A stretch of 64,000 nucleotides of DNA from Polyangiales bacterium (GTDB lineage Bacteria; Myxococcota_A; Polyangia; Polyangiales; Houyiibacteriaceae). Both the position numbers and the translations under genes were made by a program. The stretch spans positions 21,528-85,527 of the forward strand of contig JBGCFM010000025.1 in the NCBI GenBank assembly GCA_045106895.1, given 5' to 3'. Position 1 is the stretch's first letter. Each line of letters starts with the position of its first letter. Shown here piece after piece: positions 1 through 7,942 of this stretch. The notes beneath the pieces were generated by a model. That model had not been told where the DNA came from and did not search any database. It saw only the letters and a list, made by a program, of their open reading frames with translations.

Positions 1-1
1 G

Positions 2-1390
2 CCAGGTGACCTCTTCGGTCTCCGGAGACCACTGGGTCTCGAGCCCATACACGAAGAGCTCATCGTCCTCTTCGATGAGCACGCCGTCCACGCCGGAACG
101 CGGGTGGCCTCCGTGAAGTTCGTGCAGCTCGACGGGCTCTCCCTGAGCGTCCAGTCGTCCGAGCACCCACGCGTGTGTCACGTAGTCGATCGCGAGAACC
201 TCTCGCCCGGCTCCGTGTCTTTCAGGGACGAGCGCGCGGACCCAGCTCAGACGAACGTCTTGTCTTCCTCTCGTGAAGTTGTCGTCCACGCGCTCCATGC
301 CTTCTTCGTTTACGACGATTGTTGCGTCGTCGCCGTTGGCGAGCACGAGCGCTTCACGGCGCTCGCTGCCGGGCACGGCGTAGCTCAGCGCATGTGGCGT
401 GTCGGCAAAGAGGATTCCTCGCTGGGAGTCTTCCAGAGGCTCGAAGCGGTCTCTCGAGGTGCGGCGGAAGCGGACGATGCGGTTTCCAACGACGAGGAGG
501 TCACGGTCGGCGTCCTCGTCGATGTCGACGGGAAATACAAAGCGGATCTCTGTGATGTCTGTTCGCACTTCGCGGATCAGGCGCGGCATGCGAGCACCGC
601 GATAGAACGCAAGGCGTCCCGGGATATCCCCATAGGGGCGTCCTCGCCCGCCCAAGACTATATCGAGCCCGCCGCGCTCATCGAGGTTCATCAGAGCGAT
701 GGAACTCACCATCATTCGCGGGCCAGCAAATCGACGAGGTCGGTCCAGGCGGCCGTCTGCCTTTCCGCGGAGAATCACGGCTCCGCCTCCGCGTGAGCCC
801 CCGCCAACGGTTCGGCGCCAGTAGGGAACGAGTAGATCTGCTCGGCCATCGCCACTCACATCACCGATGGCTACGCGTGGTGTGCTCGGGACAAAGGCCG
901 GCTCGGCTTGTTCGATACGAATCGTTGCGATGCGCCGAGGAGTGCCGCCTTCGATCTGAAGAATGTCGACACGGTCTCCTAAGCCCACCACGAGCTCCGG
1001 TGTTTCGTCGCCCACCAACTGCCCCGCCACAACGGAGGCGATATGCGGCCTGACTGCCGGCGACTCGAGCTTGAACGCGTTGACCAACTGGCGCGCGACG
1101 GGGTCCGGTGGGTCCTCCGAAAGCGGTGGCTCTGGCGTCTCCTCCGGCGCCGCGGTGTCGGGGGTGGGCGGCTCTGGCACCGGCTCCACTTCTGCTTCCA
1201 CTTCTGCTTCCACTTCCACTTCTGGCGAGGCGGGCTCCTGCTCAGGCCGTGTCGAAGCCGCTTCGCCTGCGTCGGGTAGCCAGCCGGGGAGCGGGGGCAG
1301 CACATCGGAGCTCCAGGCGACAAGTGCGAGCACAGTCCACAGGCCTCCGACAAGCGTAAGCGTGACCAAGAACTGCCGCAAACGTCGCAC
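2..1390 (-). CDS. FG-GAP/VCBS-repeat exported protein (3' end beyond window edge)
   Basis: Manual translation from GTG 1390 (GAGG upstream) stays open to the left edge. It has an N-terminal hydrophobic segment, a Glu/Pro-rich linker, then repeats GDVSGDGRADLLV, NLDERGGLDIVL and DIDEDADRDLLV. It is absent from the ORF track because it has no stop in the window. Confidence 0.75.
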   Translation of the reverse strand, partial: MRRLRQFLVTLTLVGGLWTVLALVAWSSDVLPPLPGWLPDAGEAASTRPEQEPASPEVEVEAEVEAEVEPVPEPPTPDTAAPEETPEPPLSEDPPDPVARQLVNAFKLESPAVRPHIASVVAGQLVGDETPELVVGLGDRVDILQIEGGTPRRIATIRIEQAEPAFVPSTPRVAIGDVSGDGRADLLVPYWRRTVGGGSRGGGAVILRGKADGRLDRPRRFAGPRMMVSSIALMNLDERGGLDIVLGGRGRPYGDIPGRLAFYRGARMPRLIREVRTDITEIRFVFPVDIDEDADRDLLVVGNRIVRFRRTSRDRFEPLEDSQRGILFADTPHALSYAVPGSERREALVLANGDDATIVVNEEGMERVDDNFTRGRQDVRLSWVRALVPERHGAGREVLAIDYVTHAWVLGRLDAQGEPVELHELHGGHPRSGVDGVLIEEDDELFVYGLETQWSPETEEVTW

Positions 1391-1448
1391 GTACCTCGTT
1401 TATCGCGTTCGCCGGTGCCCGGCTAGTGCATCGCAGAGTCGTCGGCTC

Positions 1449-1778
1449 CTAGGCGTCTTTGACGAGCGCGGATTCGATGCGCGGGTTCGCCGCGCGATAG
1501 CCTCGGGCAGCGGCGCGTCCTCTCGAGGCGTTCTTGCGACCCAGCTCGATCTCGCGCATCTCCGCGCGGGCCTCGAGGATCAGGTTGGCGTCCTCCTGGA
1601 GCAGCCGCTGGAGGCGAGTACGCATTTCCTTGCGCTGGGCCTCCGTCAAGGCTGCGGTGTCGAAGCTCGCGAGGGCGCTGAGGTGCTTGGCTCGCTCTGC
1701 GAGTCCCGCCTCCGCGAGGGTGGAGTCCTGAAGGTCGACGGACTCGAGGCGCGAGAGGATGCGAAACGCTTCGTTCAC
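1449..1778 (-). CDS. Small helical protein in the FliT position (possible filament-cap chaperone)
   Basis: 109 aa, predicted helical; GTGA overlap with the fliS stop; fliD-fliS-X synteny. No FliT motif recognised. Confidence 0.45.
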   Translation of the reverse strand: MNEAFRILSRLESVDLQDSTLAEAGLAERAKHLSALASFDTAALTEAQRKEMRTRLQRLLQEDANLILEARAEMREIELGRKNASRGRAAARGYRAANPRIESALVKDA

Positions 1779-2155
1779 GCGGCTCCTCTTTTCTGCGCGG
1801 CGAGCTCACTCCAAGCGCTGCGGAGCTCGACGAGGATCTTTATGGCGTCGTCGATAGGTTTGGTTTCACGCCGGACGTTGGCGGCTGTGATCTGTTCCAG
1901 AACAAAGTCGTAGAGCGAATGAAGCTGAGCGCAGAGTTCGGGCGCCTGGCTGTCGTCAAGGGTGGCCTGAAGCTCAGACACGATGGCATAGGCTTTCGAA
2001 AGCGCGATACCGCGCGCCGCTGGATTCGCCGCGTTCATGGCCTTGGCGCCCGCATGCAGGTACCGAAGAGCGCCATCGTAGAGCTGCAACAGAACTTGGA
2101 GCGGCGAGACCGTCGTCGTTCGGGTGCTGCGGTACTTGTTGAGAGCGAAGGACAT
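1775..2155 (-). CDS. fliS: Flagellar export chaperone FliS
   Basis: Motifs SPLQVLLQLYDGALRYL, KAYAIVSELQATLD, LHSLYDF and ILVELRSAW; directly after fliD. Confidence 0.95.
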   Translation of the reverse strand: MSFALNKYRSTRTTTVSPLQVLLQLYDGALRYLHAGAKAMNAANPAARGIALSKAYAIVSELQATLDDSQAPELCAQLHSLYDFVLEQITAANVRRETKPIDDAIKILVELRSAWSELAAQKRGAA

Positions 2156-2175
2156 TCGGAGGGGTTCCTTGGGCG

Positions 2176-3504
2176 CTAGATGGAGCCGAGCACGGCGAGC
2201 ATCTGCTCCCCTTGCGAGTTGAGTCCTGCGACGAGAGTCTCCAGGGATGCGAATTTGCGAAGCAGGTTTTCTTCGAACTTGTCGACGCGCAGTTCCATCG
2301 ATTCGATGCGCTGGTCGATGCTTCGATTCTGCGAGGCAAAGCTATCGATTCGGTTGCTGATCAGCCCCGTGCTCTTGTCGGCGTACTGATCGGTGAGGTC
2401 GCTTAGTCGTTCGAAGAGGCCCTGACTGACGCCGTCTCCAGCGAAGGCTTCGAGGAGCAGGTCTCCATTCTCGGTTAGGGCGGACCCGAAAGCCTCGACG
2501 TCCAACTCGAGCTTTCCCGCCTGGTTCGTTTCAAGTCCGATTTGGCTGATGGTGTCGAAGCCGGGCAGAGAACCAAAGAGCGAGGAGTTCAAGGAACGCT
2601 GCAAACCACGCAATGTGGAGTCGCCGGCGAGGCTATCTCCCGTTCGCGCTTCGCCGGTGAATACCGACTCTACAGCGATGCCGTTGACCACCGCGTTGTA
2701 GGCGTCCACGAAGGTCTGCATTTTCTCGCCGAGGGCGTCCGAGTCCGATCCGACGTTGACCGTCACAGGGCTCGTCGTGACCGAGTCAAGGGAGAGTTGC
2801 ACGCCCGTGATGGCTTCACTTACCTGATTTGACTCCCGAGACATGGCGAGGCCATCGATGCTGAAGAGCGCATCGGCAGCTGAAACGGTTTCGTTTGCGG
2901 GGTCCGTGAGGCCCAGGTCGAGGCCGGTTTCGGTGAACGAAAGTGAGTTCGAGAGACCCGTGTCGGTGCCGCTTACCTGAAGTCGATAGGCGCTTCCGTC
3001 GAAGATGACGCTCGCCGTTGCTCGAAGATCGCTGTCGTTGATTCGTTGTGCGACGCTCTCAAGGGTGTCGGTGGAGTTTACCGAGATCGAGACCTCGTCG
3101 TCTCCGCCTACGGTGATTCCAATCGAAGCGCCATCCGCGAAGAGCCCCGGGACGTCCTTGCTCGCGACGCCGTCGCTGTGCGTTCGTTCGGCGGCGGCGA
3201 GCTGAGTCACCTCAATGACGTACGCGCCTGCCTGCGCGTCGCCTTGCGACGTGGCGCCCACGATGGACTCCGCGGACGATGAGACCGTCGCCGGCGCGCT
3301 GTCGTCGGTAATCGCCTCCATCGCGGCCTTGAGGTCATTGAGGCGCTCCTGAATCGTCTCAAAGCGAGAGGACATCGAATCATGATTCGCCTGCTTGGTG
3401 CGGAGGCGGGCGATGGGAATCGACTCAGCACGCACCAGCTCCGTAACGATCGAGCCAGTATCGATTCCTGTCGCGAGTCCGGAGAATGAGGTGATGCTGT
3501 TCAT
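2176..3504 (-). CDS. fliD: Flagellar filament cap protein FliD
   Basis: N-terminal SGLATGIDTGSIV, GAYVIEVTQLA, FVDAYN, LAGDSTLR and C-terminal coil LLRKFASLE; 442 aa, downstream of flagellin. Confidence 0.95.
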   Translation of the reverse strand: MNSITSFSGLATGIDTGSIVTELVRAESIPIARLRTKQANHDSMSSRFETIQERLNDLKAAMEAITDDSAPATVSSSAESIVGATSQGDAQAGAYVIEVTQLAAAERTHSDGVASKDVPGLFADGASIGITVGGDDEVSISVNSTDTLESVAQRINDSDLRATASVIFDGSAYRLQVSGTDTGLSNSLSFTETGLDLGLTDPANETVSAADALFSIDGLAMSRESNQVSEAITGVQLSLDSVTTSPVTVNVGSDSDALGEKMQTFVDAYNAVVNGIAVESVFTGEARTGDSLAGDSTLRGLQRSLNSSLFGSLPGFDTISQIGLETNQAGKLELDVEAFGSALTENGDLLLEAFAGDGVSQGLFERLSDLTDQYADKSTGLISNRIDSFASQNRSIDQRIESMELRVDKFEENLLRKFASLETLVAGLNSQGEQMLAVLGSI

Positions 3505-3541
3505 GGTGGCTTTGTGGGGAAGGGGGCTTGTCTTCTCAACG

Positions 3542-3572
3542 GCGGGAAGGGACGATATTCAACCCCTCCCGC
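3542..3572 (-). terminator. Stem-loop between flagellin and fliD (leaky terminator or mRNA stabiliser)
   Basis: Minus strand GCGGGAGGGG-N11-CCCTTCCCGC with one G-U pair; no U tract. Confidence 0.45.
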
Positions 3573-3585
3573 TCGATGCGGCGAA

Positions 3586-4428
3586 CTAGCCGAGAAGACT
3601 CAACGCTACCGATGGAAGCTGGTTGGCCTGTCCGAGGACGGTGACGCCTGCCTGCATCAGGATGTTCTGGCGTGTAAGCGCCGCTGTCTCCTCGGCGACG
3701 TCGGTGTCGCGAATGCGTGAGTTGGCTGCGCCCAGATTTTCGCGAGCGGACTGCAGATTGGAGATGGTCACCTGGAGTCGGTTTTCCGATGCGCCGATGT
3801 TGGCACGTTCTGTTGAGATGTCCTCGATGGATACGTCGATGATGCCGAGGGCGGCCTGAGCGCCAGCAGCGGTCGTTAGGTCGATGGTGCCAATGGCTGC
3901 TCCGCCGCCGCTCGTTCCCAGCGTCGCAGTATCCATGGCTGGAATGGTGACCGAAAGACGGTCCGCCGCAGTGTTGTTGATGCCAATTTGAAGGTCGATG
4001 GCTGCCAACGATCCATCCAACAGGGGAGTGCCATTGAACTCTGTCACCGCAGCGATACGGTCGATTTCCGTTCGAAGAGCGGCCGCCTCCTGTTCGATGT
4101 AGCCGCGCTGGGTTGCACCGACGGTGTCCGTCGCCGACTGCATGGCCAACTCGCGAAGTCGAGACATGATAGAACTCATCTCGTTCATCGAGTTTTCCGC
4201 GGTCTGCAAGAGGCTGATGCCGTCGTTGGCGTTGCGTTCGGCCTGTCCGAGGGAGCGAATCTGCGACTTGAGAGATTCGCTGATGGCGAGACCCGCGGCG
4301 TCGTCGCCGGCTCGGTTGATTCGAAGGCCGCTTGAAAGACGTGACATTGCCTTGTCGAGTCCGAGCTTCGTCTGGGAAAGGTTGCGCTGCGCGTTGAGCG
4401 ACGATGTGTTCGTCATGATGCTGATCAT
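3586..4428 (-). CDS. fliC: Flagellin (short, 280 aa)
   Basis: RLSSGLRINRAGDDAAGLAISE and C-terminal SRIRDTDVAEETAALTRQNILMQAG. Start moved to ATG 4428 (MISIMTN) with SD GGAGGAG. Confidence 0.97.
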   Translation of the reverse strand: MISIMTNTSSLNAQRNLSQTKLGLDKAMSRLSSGLRINRAGDDAAGLAISESLKSQIRSLGQAERNANDGISLLQTAENSMNEMSSIMSRLRELAMQSATDTVGATQRGYIEQEAAALRTEIDRIAAVTEFNGTPLLDGSLAAIDLQIGINNTAADRLSVTIPAMDTATLGTSGGGAAIGTIDLTTAAGAQAALGIIDVSIEDISTERANIGASENRLQVTISNLQSARENLGAANSRIRDTDVAEETAALTRQNILMQAGVTVLGQANQLPSVALSLLG

Positions 4429-4433
4429 TGGAT

Positions 4434-4469
4434 TCTCCTCCGTGAGATAGTTGCGTCGCCGTCCTAGCG
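4434..4469 (-). promoter_or_regulatory. Two GGA-loop hairpins (CsrA/RsmA-type sites) in the flagellin leader, one covering the SD
   Basis: CGCT-AGGAC-GGCG (4457-4469) and TCTC-ACGGAG-GAGA (4434-4447), 9 nt apart. Confidence 0.65.
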
Positions 4470-4486
4470 TTCCGAGTGTGTGAAAG

Positions 4487-4514
4487 ACTTCGAACGAAGT
4501 GCGCGTCGCCTTTA
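4487..4514 (-). promoter_or_regulatory. Putative sigma28 (FliA) promoter of the first flagellin
   Basis: TAAA-N16-TTCGAAGT versus consensus TAAA-N15-GCCGATAA; the spacer is one base longer than canonical. Confidence 0.4.
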
Positions 4515-4570
4515 GACAAAATTTTGACGCCCTAGGAATAGGCCATGACACCGCCGGCGTTGGGCACCTC

Positions 4571-5401
4571 ATGCGCAACTCAATCCTCTTCGGTGCAGGA
4601 CTCCTTCTGCTCGCGTTGCTATTTCCGATGGAGGGCGCAGGAGCCCAGCAAAACCCCGGGGTCGTCGTTCAACGTCTCCAAGCAAGCGCGCCGCGCCCAC
4701 TGCCTTTTGGCGATGGCATCATCACGTTGGTGCGCGTCGATATGAGTCGCTACCGACTGCGCTTTTTGACGGAGGCACGACATGGCGATCGTCGCACAGC
4801 GGAACAATGGATGCGTGACGAAGGCCTTCAGGGAGTCACGAACGCCGGTATGTTCTTGCCGAACGGCCGGAGCGTCGGTCACATGATCCAAGACGGTGAG
4901 GTCGCGAGCAGACGCGTTGTTTCACGCTATCGAGGGCTCCTTGGCTTCGCACCACGCCGCGAAGGCATGCCCTACATGGGCGTCGGCGGCGCTCCACGGG
5001 GGCGGGGCGGCTGCCCGCACACCATCGCGTCGTTTGCCGCGGACTACACAAACGTGCTCCAGGCCTATCCTCTCCTCGACTGCCGCGGCCGTGCCGTGTC
5101 CTGGCGCAACAACATGCGATACAGCGCCGCGGGTCTTGGTGTGGATTCCGAAGACCGCGCGGTCTTCATGCACTCGCGCACTCCTTATCGGATGGAGGTG
5201 CTCAGCCGAATGCTCAGCGCACCAGAGCTCGGTCTCCGCGGGATGATCTACTTGGAAGGCGGTCCGGAAGCGACCCTTCTTGTTCGCGCGGAAGGGCACA
5301 GCGTCCGCGCCGTTGGAAGCTATGAAGACGGCTTCAACGAGAACGATGACAACCAAGGCATGTGGGATCTACCGAACGTCATCGCGTTTCAGCGCCGATG
5401 A
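4571..5401 (+). CDS. Exported phosphodiester glycosidase (NAGPA)-family protein
   Basis: Signal peptide MRNSILFGAGLLLLALL; motifs TNAGMF, YSAAGLG, IYLEGGPEATL and C-terminal LPNVI. Confidence 0.7.
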   Translation: MRNSILFGAGLLLLALLFPMEGAGAQQNPGVVVQRLQASAPRPLPFGDGIITLVRVDMSRYRLRFLTEARHGDRRTAEQWMRDEGLQGVTNAGMFLPNGRSVGHMIQDGEVASRRVVSRYRGLLGFAPRREGMPYMGVGGAPRGRGGCPHTIASFAADYTNVLQAYPLLDCRGRAVSWRNNMRYSAAGLGVDSEDRAVFMHSRTPYRMEVLSRMLSAPELGLRGMIYLEGGPEATLLVRAEGHSVRAVGSYEDGFNENDDNQGMWDLPNVIAFQRR

Positions 5402-5427
5402 GCCTGGCTGCTCCGATTGGATTCGAT

Positions 5428-6558
5428 TTACTCTGAGTCTGACTCCATGCCGTCCACCACGAACGCGTAGAGCGCGCTTCCGAGGCGCGCGTAGCCACGC
5501 GACGTAAAGTGTACGTGGTCTTCAAGGGCGAGACCTTGCTCGACCCAGCGCGACATTGACCCCTCGCCGCCCATCCACGTGTACACATCGAAGAACGCGC
5601 AGCCCTCCTCCGCAGCGACGCGCCGTTGTTCAGCGATGACCTCAAGCATGCGTGGACGCGGCCGCCACTGACCCCGCCTCCGGCGTGGCCATTCGCCGGG
5701 GCCGACGAGCAAGCATGCGGCATTGGGCGCGCGTGCACGCCACCCTCGGACGACACGCTGGAGCGCGCCGCGCTCCGAGTCACGCTCCCTGCGGGCGCTC
5801 TCGTTGGTTCCATAGGCGAGCACGACTAGGTCGAAGGGGCGTGAGCGCTGACTCCGAACAAGTGAGCGTTCACGCCAGGGAATTTGGTCCCCAGCGCGTG
5901 TACCAGGGACCCCGAAAGCGTCGACGGTCACTCCCACGGCGTGACCCATGTCGAGACCGAAAACGCGGACTCTCCCCGTCGCCGTGAGCTCAAGCTCTCT
6001 CGCATCGCCGAGGGACTCCGTCAGCGTCACGGTCAATGTCCGGCGCGGACCGCTCGTCTCGACTTGTCGCACTTCGTCGCCCCAAGACACCACAAGGCGA
6101 CCGCCACCCGGTTGCTGCAGGTAGGAGAGCGCGAGCGATTGCGCTCCGTGAGACGGTAGGAGCACACGGCTTGAGGCCCCTTGCTCTGTGTTTAGGAAGA
6201 ACCCCGCCAATCCATAGTCGTCCCGCCTTCGCTCTCTTCCCCGCACGCGATGTCCAGTCCAGCCATGGCCGGAGAGCTCGACGCCATCGCGGGCGTAGAA
6301 AGCAAAAGGCGAACTCGGCAGAAACCAGCCGAGCCCTCCGTCTCCGAAGCGGCGCTGCAATGAAGCCCTCAGAACTCGCGTGTATTCATCGTTAGCCGTG
6401 TGGGACGCGCCATAAACGCCGACGCGAACGGGCCGCTGTTCTGCTTGGCGCAGAGCACGATGAAATCCTCCCAGGAGGGATTCCGAGTCCTGGGCTTCGA
6501 GAGAAGGACTAGCAATGGTCGCTAGAACGAGGCCCACGAGGGCGAGTGATTTTGGCAC
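5428..6558 (-). CDS. Exported SGNH/GDSL hydrolase (polysaccharide or peptidoglycan O-acetyl esterase/transferase-like)
   Basis: GASH block I, GVPG, LAYGTNE block III and DHVHFT block V. Start reassigned to GTG 6558, just before the signal-like hydrophobic stretch. Confidence 0.75.
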   Translation of the reverse strand: MPKSLALVGLVLATIASPSLEAQDSESLLGGFHRALRQAEQRPVRVGVYGASHTANDEYTRVLRASLQRRFGDGGLGWFLPSSPFAFYARDGVELSGHGWTGHRVRGRERRRDDYGLAGFFLNTEQGASSRVLLPSHGAQSLALSYLQQPGGGRLVVSWGDEVRQVETSGPRRTLTVTLTESLGDARELELTATGRVRVFGLDMGHAVGVTVDAFGVPGTRAGDQIPWRERSLVRSQRSRPFDLVVLAYGTNESARRERDSERGALQRVVRGWRARAPNAACLLVGPGEWPRRRRGQWRPRPRMLEVIAEQRRVAAEEGCAFFDVYTWMGGEGSMSRWVEQGLALEDHVHFTSRGYARLGSALYAFVVDGMESDSE

Positions 6559-6638
6559 ACCTCGGAGAACGCCTAAGAGCCTCGGACGTATTCCTTTTGT
6601 TGAAAACAACAAGGCCAGAATCGAAGATCGAAACGCAG

Positions 6639-6667
6639 CAAACCCACTCTCAATGAGAGTGGGTTTG
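6639..6667 (-). terminator. Probable intrinsic terminator after the second flagellin
   Basis: Perfect 13-bp inverted repeat CAAACCCACTCTC-N3-GAGAGTGGGTTTG, 18 nt after the stop. Confidence 0.7.
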
Positions 6668-6685
6668 TCAGCGCTGAGAGCTCGA

Positions 6686-7504
6686 TTAGAGAAGAGAGAG
6701 GGCGAGCTGAGGAGCCTGGTTTGCCTGCGCCAACACGGAGACGCCGGCCTGCTGAAGAATGTTGCTTCGAGTAAGAGCGGCGGTCTCGCTGGCGACATCG
6801 ACGTCACGGATTCGGCTGTTCGCGGCGGAGAGGTTTTCCCGAGCGCTGGCCAAGTTGGACGATGTTACCTGGAGTCGGTTCTCCGTTGCACCGATGGTTG
6901 CTCTTTGTCCGGACACCGTTTCGATGGCGGTATCCAAGGAGTCAATGGCGGCCTGCGCGTTGGCAGCGGTGTCGACGGCGGACGCGTCGATTGCAAGACC
7001 GGTGGTGTCCATGGCAGCGATGGTCACATTGATTCGGTCATCGGCGGTGTTGTTGATGCCTACCTGAAGGTCGACATTGGCGGTGCCGTCCAGAAGAGCG
7101 GTCCCATTGTACTCGGTGACAGCGCCGATTCGGTCGATTTCCGTGGAGAGCGCCTGGAACTCCTCATCGACGTAGCCTCGCTGGGTCGCATCAAGAGTGC
7201 CCGAGGCAGACTGGGTGGCGAGTTCTCGCATGCGGCCGAGAATGCCGCCGACCTCGGAGAGCGCGCTTTCTGCGGTTTGCAACATCGATACGCCGTCATT
7301 GGTGTTTCGTTCAGCCTGCCCCATCGAGCGGATCTGAGCCTTCATGTCCTCGCTGATGGCGAGGCCGGCGGCGTCGTCACCTGCGCGGTTGATACGAAGA
7401 CCACTGGAGAGTCGTTCGAAGCTTGTGGAGAGTGAGCTTCCTGTCTTTGCGAGGTTTCGCTGTGCGGTGAGGGAGGAAACGTTGGTGTTTACGGTGATAG
7501 CCAT
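6686..7504 (-). CDS. fliC: Flagellin (short, 272 aa), second paralogue
   Basis: MAITVNTNVSSL, RLSSGLRINRAGDDAAGLAIS and SRIRDVDVASET; SD AAGGA. Confidence 0.97.
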   Translation of the reverse strand: MAITVNTNVSSLTAQRNLAKTGSSLSTSFERLSSGLRINRAGDDAAGLAISEDMKAQIRSMGQAERNTNDGVSMLQTAESALSEVGGILGRMRELATQSASGTLDATQRGYVDEEFQALSTEIDRIGAVTEYNGTALLDGTANVDLQVGINNTADDRINVTIAAMDTTGLAIDASAVDTAANAQAAIDSLDTAIETVSGQRATIGATENRLQVTSSNLASARENLSAANSRIRDVDVASETAALTRSNILQQAGVSVLAQANQAPQLALSLL

Positions 7505-7511
7505 GGTTTTT

Positions 7512-7548
7512 TCTCTTCCTTGAGATGAGAGTCCCGCCGTCCTTGGCG
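7512..7548 (-). promoter_or_regulatory. Two GGA-loop hairpins (CsrA/RsmA-type sites) in the second flagellin leader
   Basis: CGCC-AAGGAC-GGCG (7535-7548) and TCTC-AAGGAA-GAGA (7512-7525), 9 nt apart; same layout as at the first flagellin. Confidence 0.7.
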
Positions 7549-7589
7549 TGACCTATTTGGTTTCGTTGTGAAAAAATGTGCGGCGTCGC

Positions 7590-7617
7590 TAAAGGTCCAC
7601 ATCCCACCATCCGAAAG
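7590..7617 (+). promoter_or_regulatory. Sigma28-like promoter on the + strand, antisense to the flagellin leader
   Basis: TAAA-N16-TCCGAAAG; shares CTAAAGG and CGAA(A)GTCTT with the promoter at 4487-4514. Confidence 0.4.
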
Positions 7618-7795
7618 TCTTGGTGGCACCCGGAAGTGTCCTAGACAGAGTCGCAAAGCGACACGGTTGGCGAAGGCTCGGGGATGAGCCGTCAGGAATG
7701 AAGTCCACGCGGCGAACGCGTCTGTGGAGCTGCTCGAGCTGTGCTCGGGAGTGGGGAGAGCGTTTCTCCCAGTGGCATCCTGCCTCGATAGAAAG

Positions 7796-7822
7796 GAATC
7801 GGACGTCCTGTCAGAACCTTGA
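7796..7822 (-). promoter_or_regulatory. Putative sigma28 promoter of the second flagellin
   Basis: TCAA-N15-TCCGATTC with canonical spacing. Confidence 0.6.
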
Positions 7823-7901
7823 GGTCCACTGTCAAAAAAGTGTCGTTTTTTCGTCGCGTTCTCTCATTGAGTGTCCAAACCCTTGGGAAAGCGCGTCGGC
7901 A

Positions 7902-7917
7902 TGGCCAGTGCATTGCA
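7902..7917 (+). promoter_or_regulatory. Putative sigma54 -24/-12 promoter of the diguanylate cyclase
   Basis: TGGCCA-GTGCA-TTGCA, GG-N10-GC spacing, 25 nt upstream of ATG 7943. Confidence 0.6.
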
Positions 7918-7942
7918 GTCTGGTGTCAGCAACGAGGAATCT

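Noticed and set aside
1185..1222. Tandem repeat CCACTTCTGCTT
   Set aside because: In-frame EVEA linker repeat within a coding region; not a CRISPR or phase-variable tract.
104..1913. Long + strand ORFs (104-796, 963-1913)
   Set aside because: They are antisense shadows of the minus-strand FG-GAP gene, the fliT-like gene and fliS.
3536..4519. 327-aa alternative-frame ORF over the first flagellin
   Set aside because: Arg/His-rich off-frame read-through typical of high-GC DNA.
4539..4554. Possible sigma54 site upstream of the NAGPA-like gene
   Set aside because: It has GG-N10-GC spacing only and lacks both TGGC and TTGC context.
6559..6807. N-terminal extension of the SGNH ORF in the track
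   Set aside because: It runs through the flagellin 3' end and its terminator; the signal peptide begins at GTG 6558.
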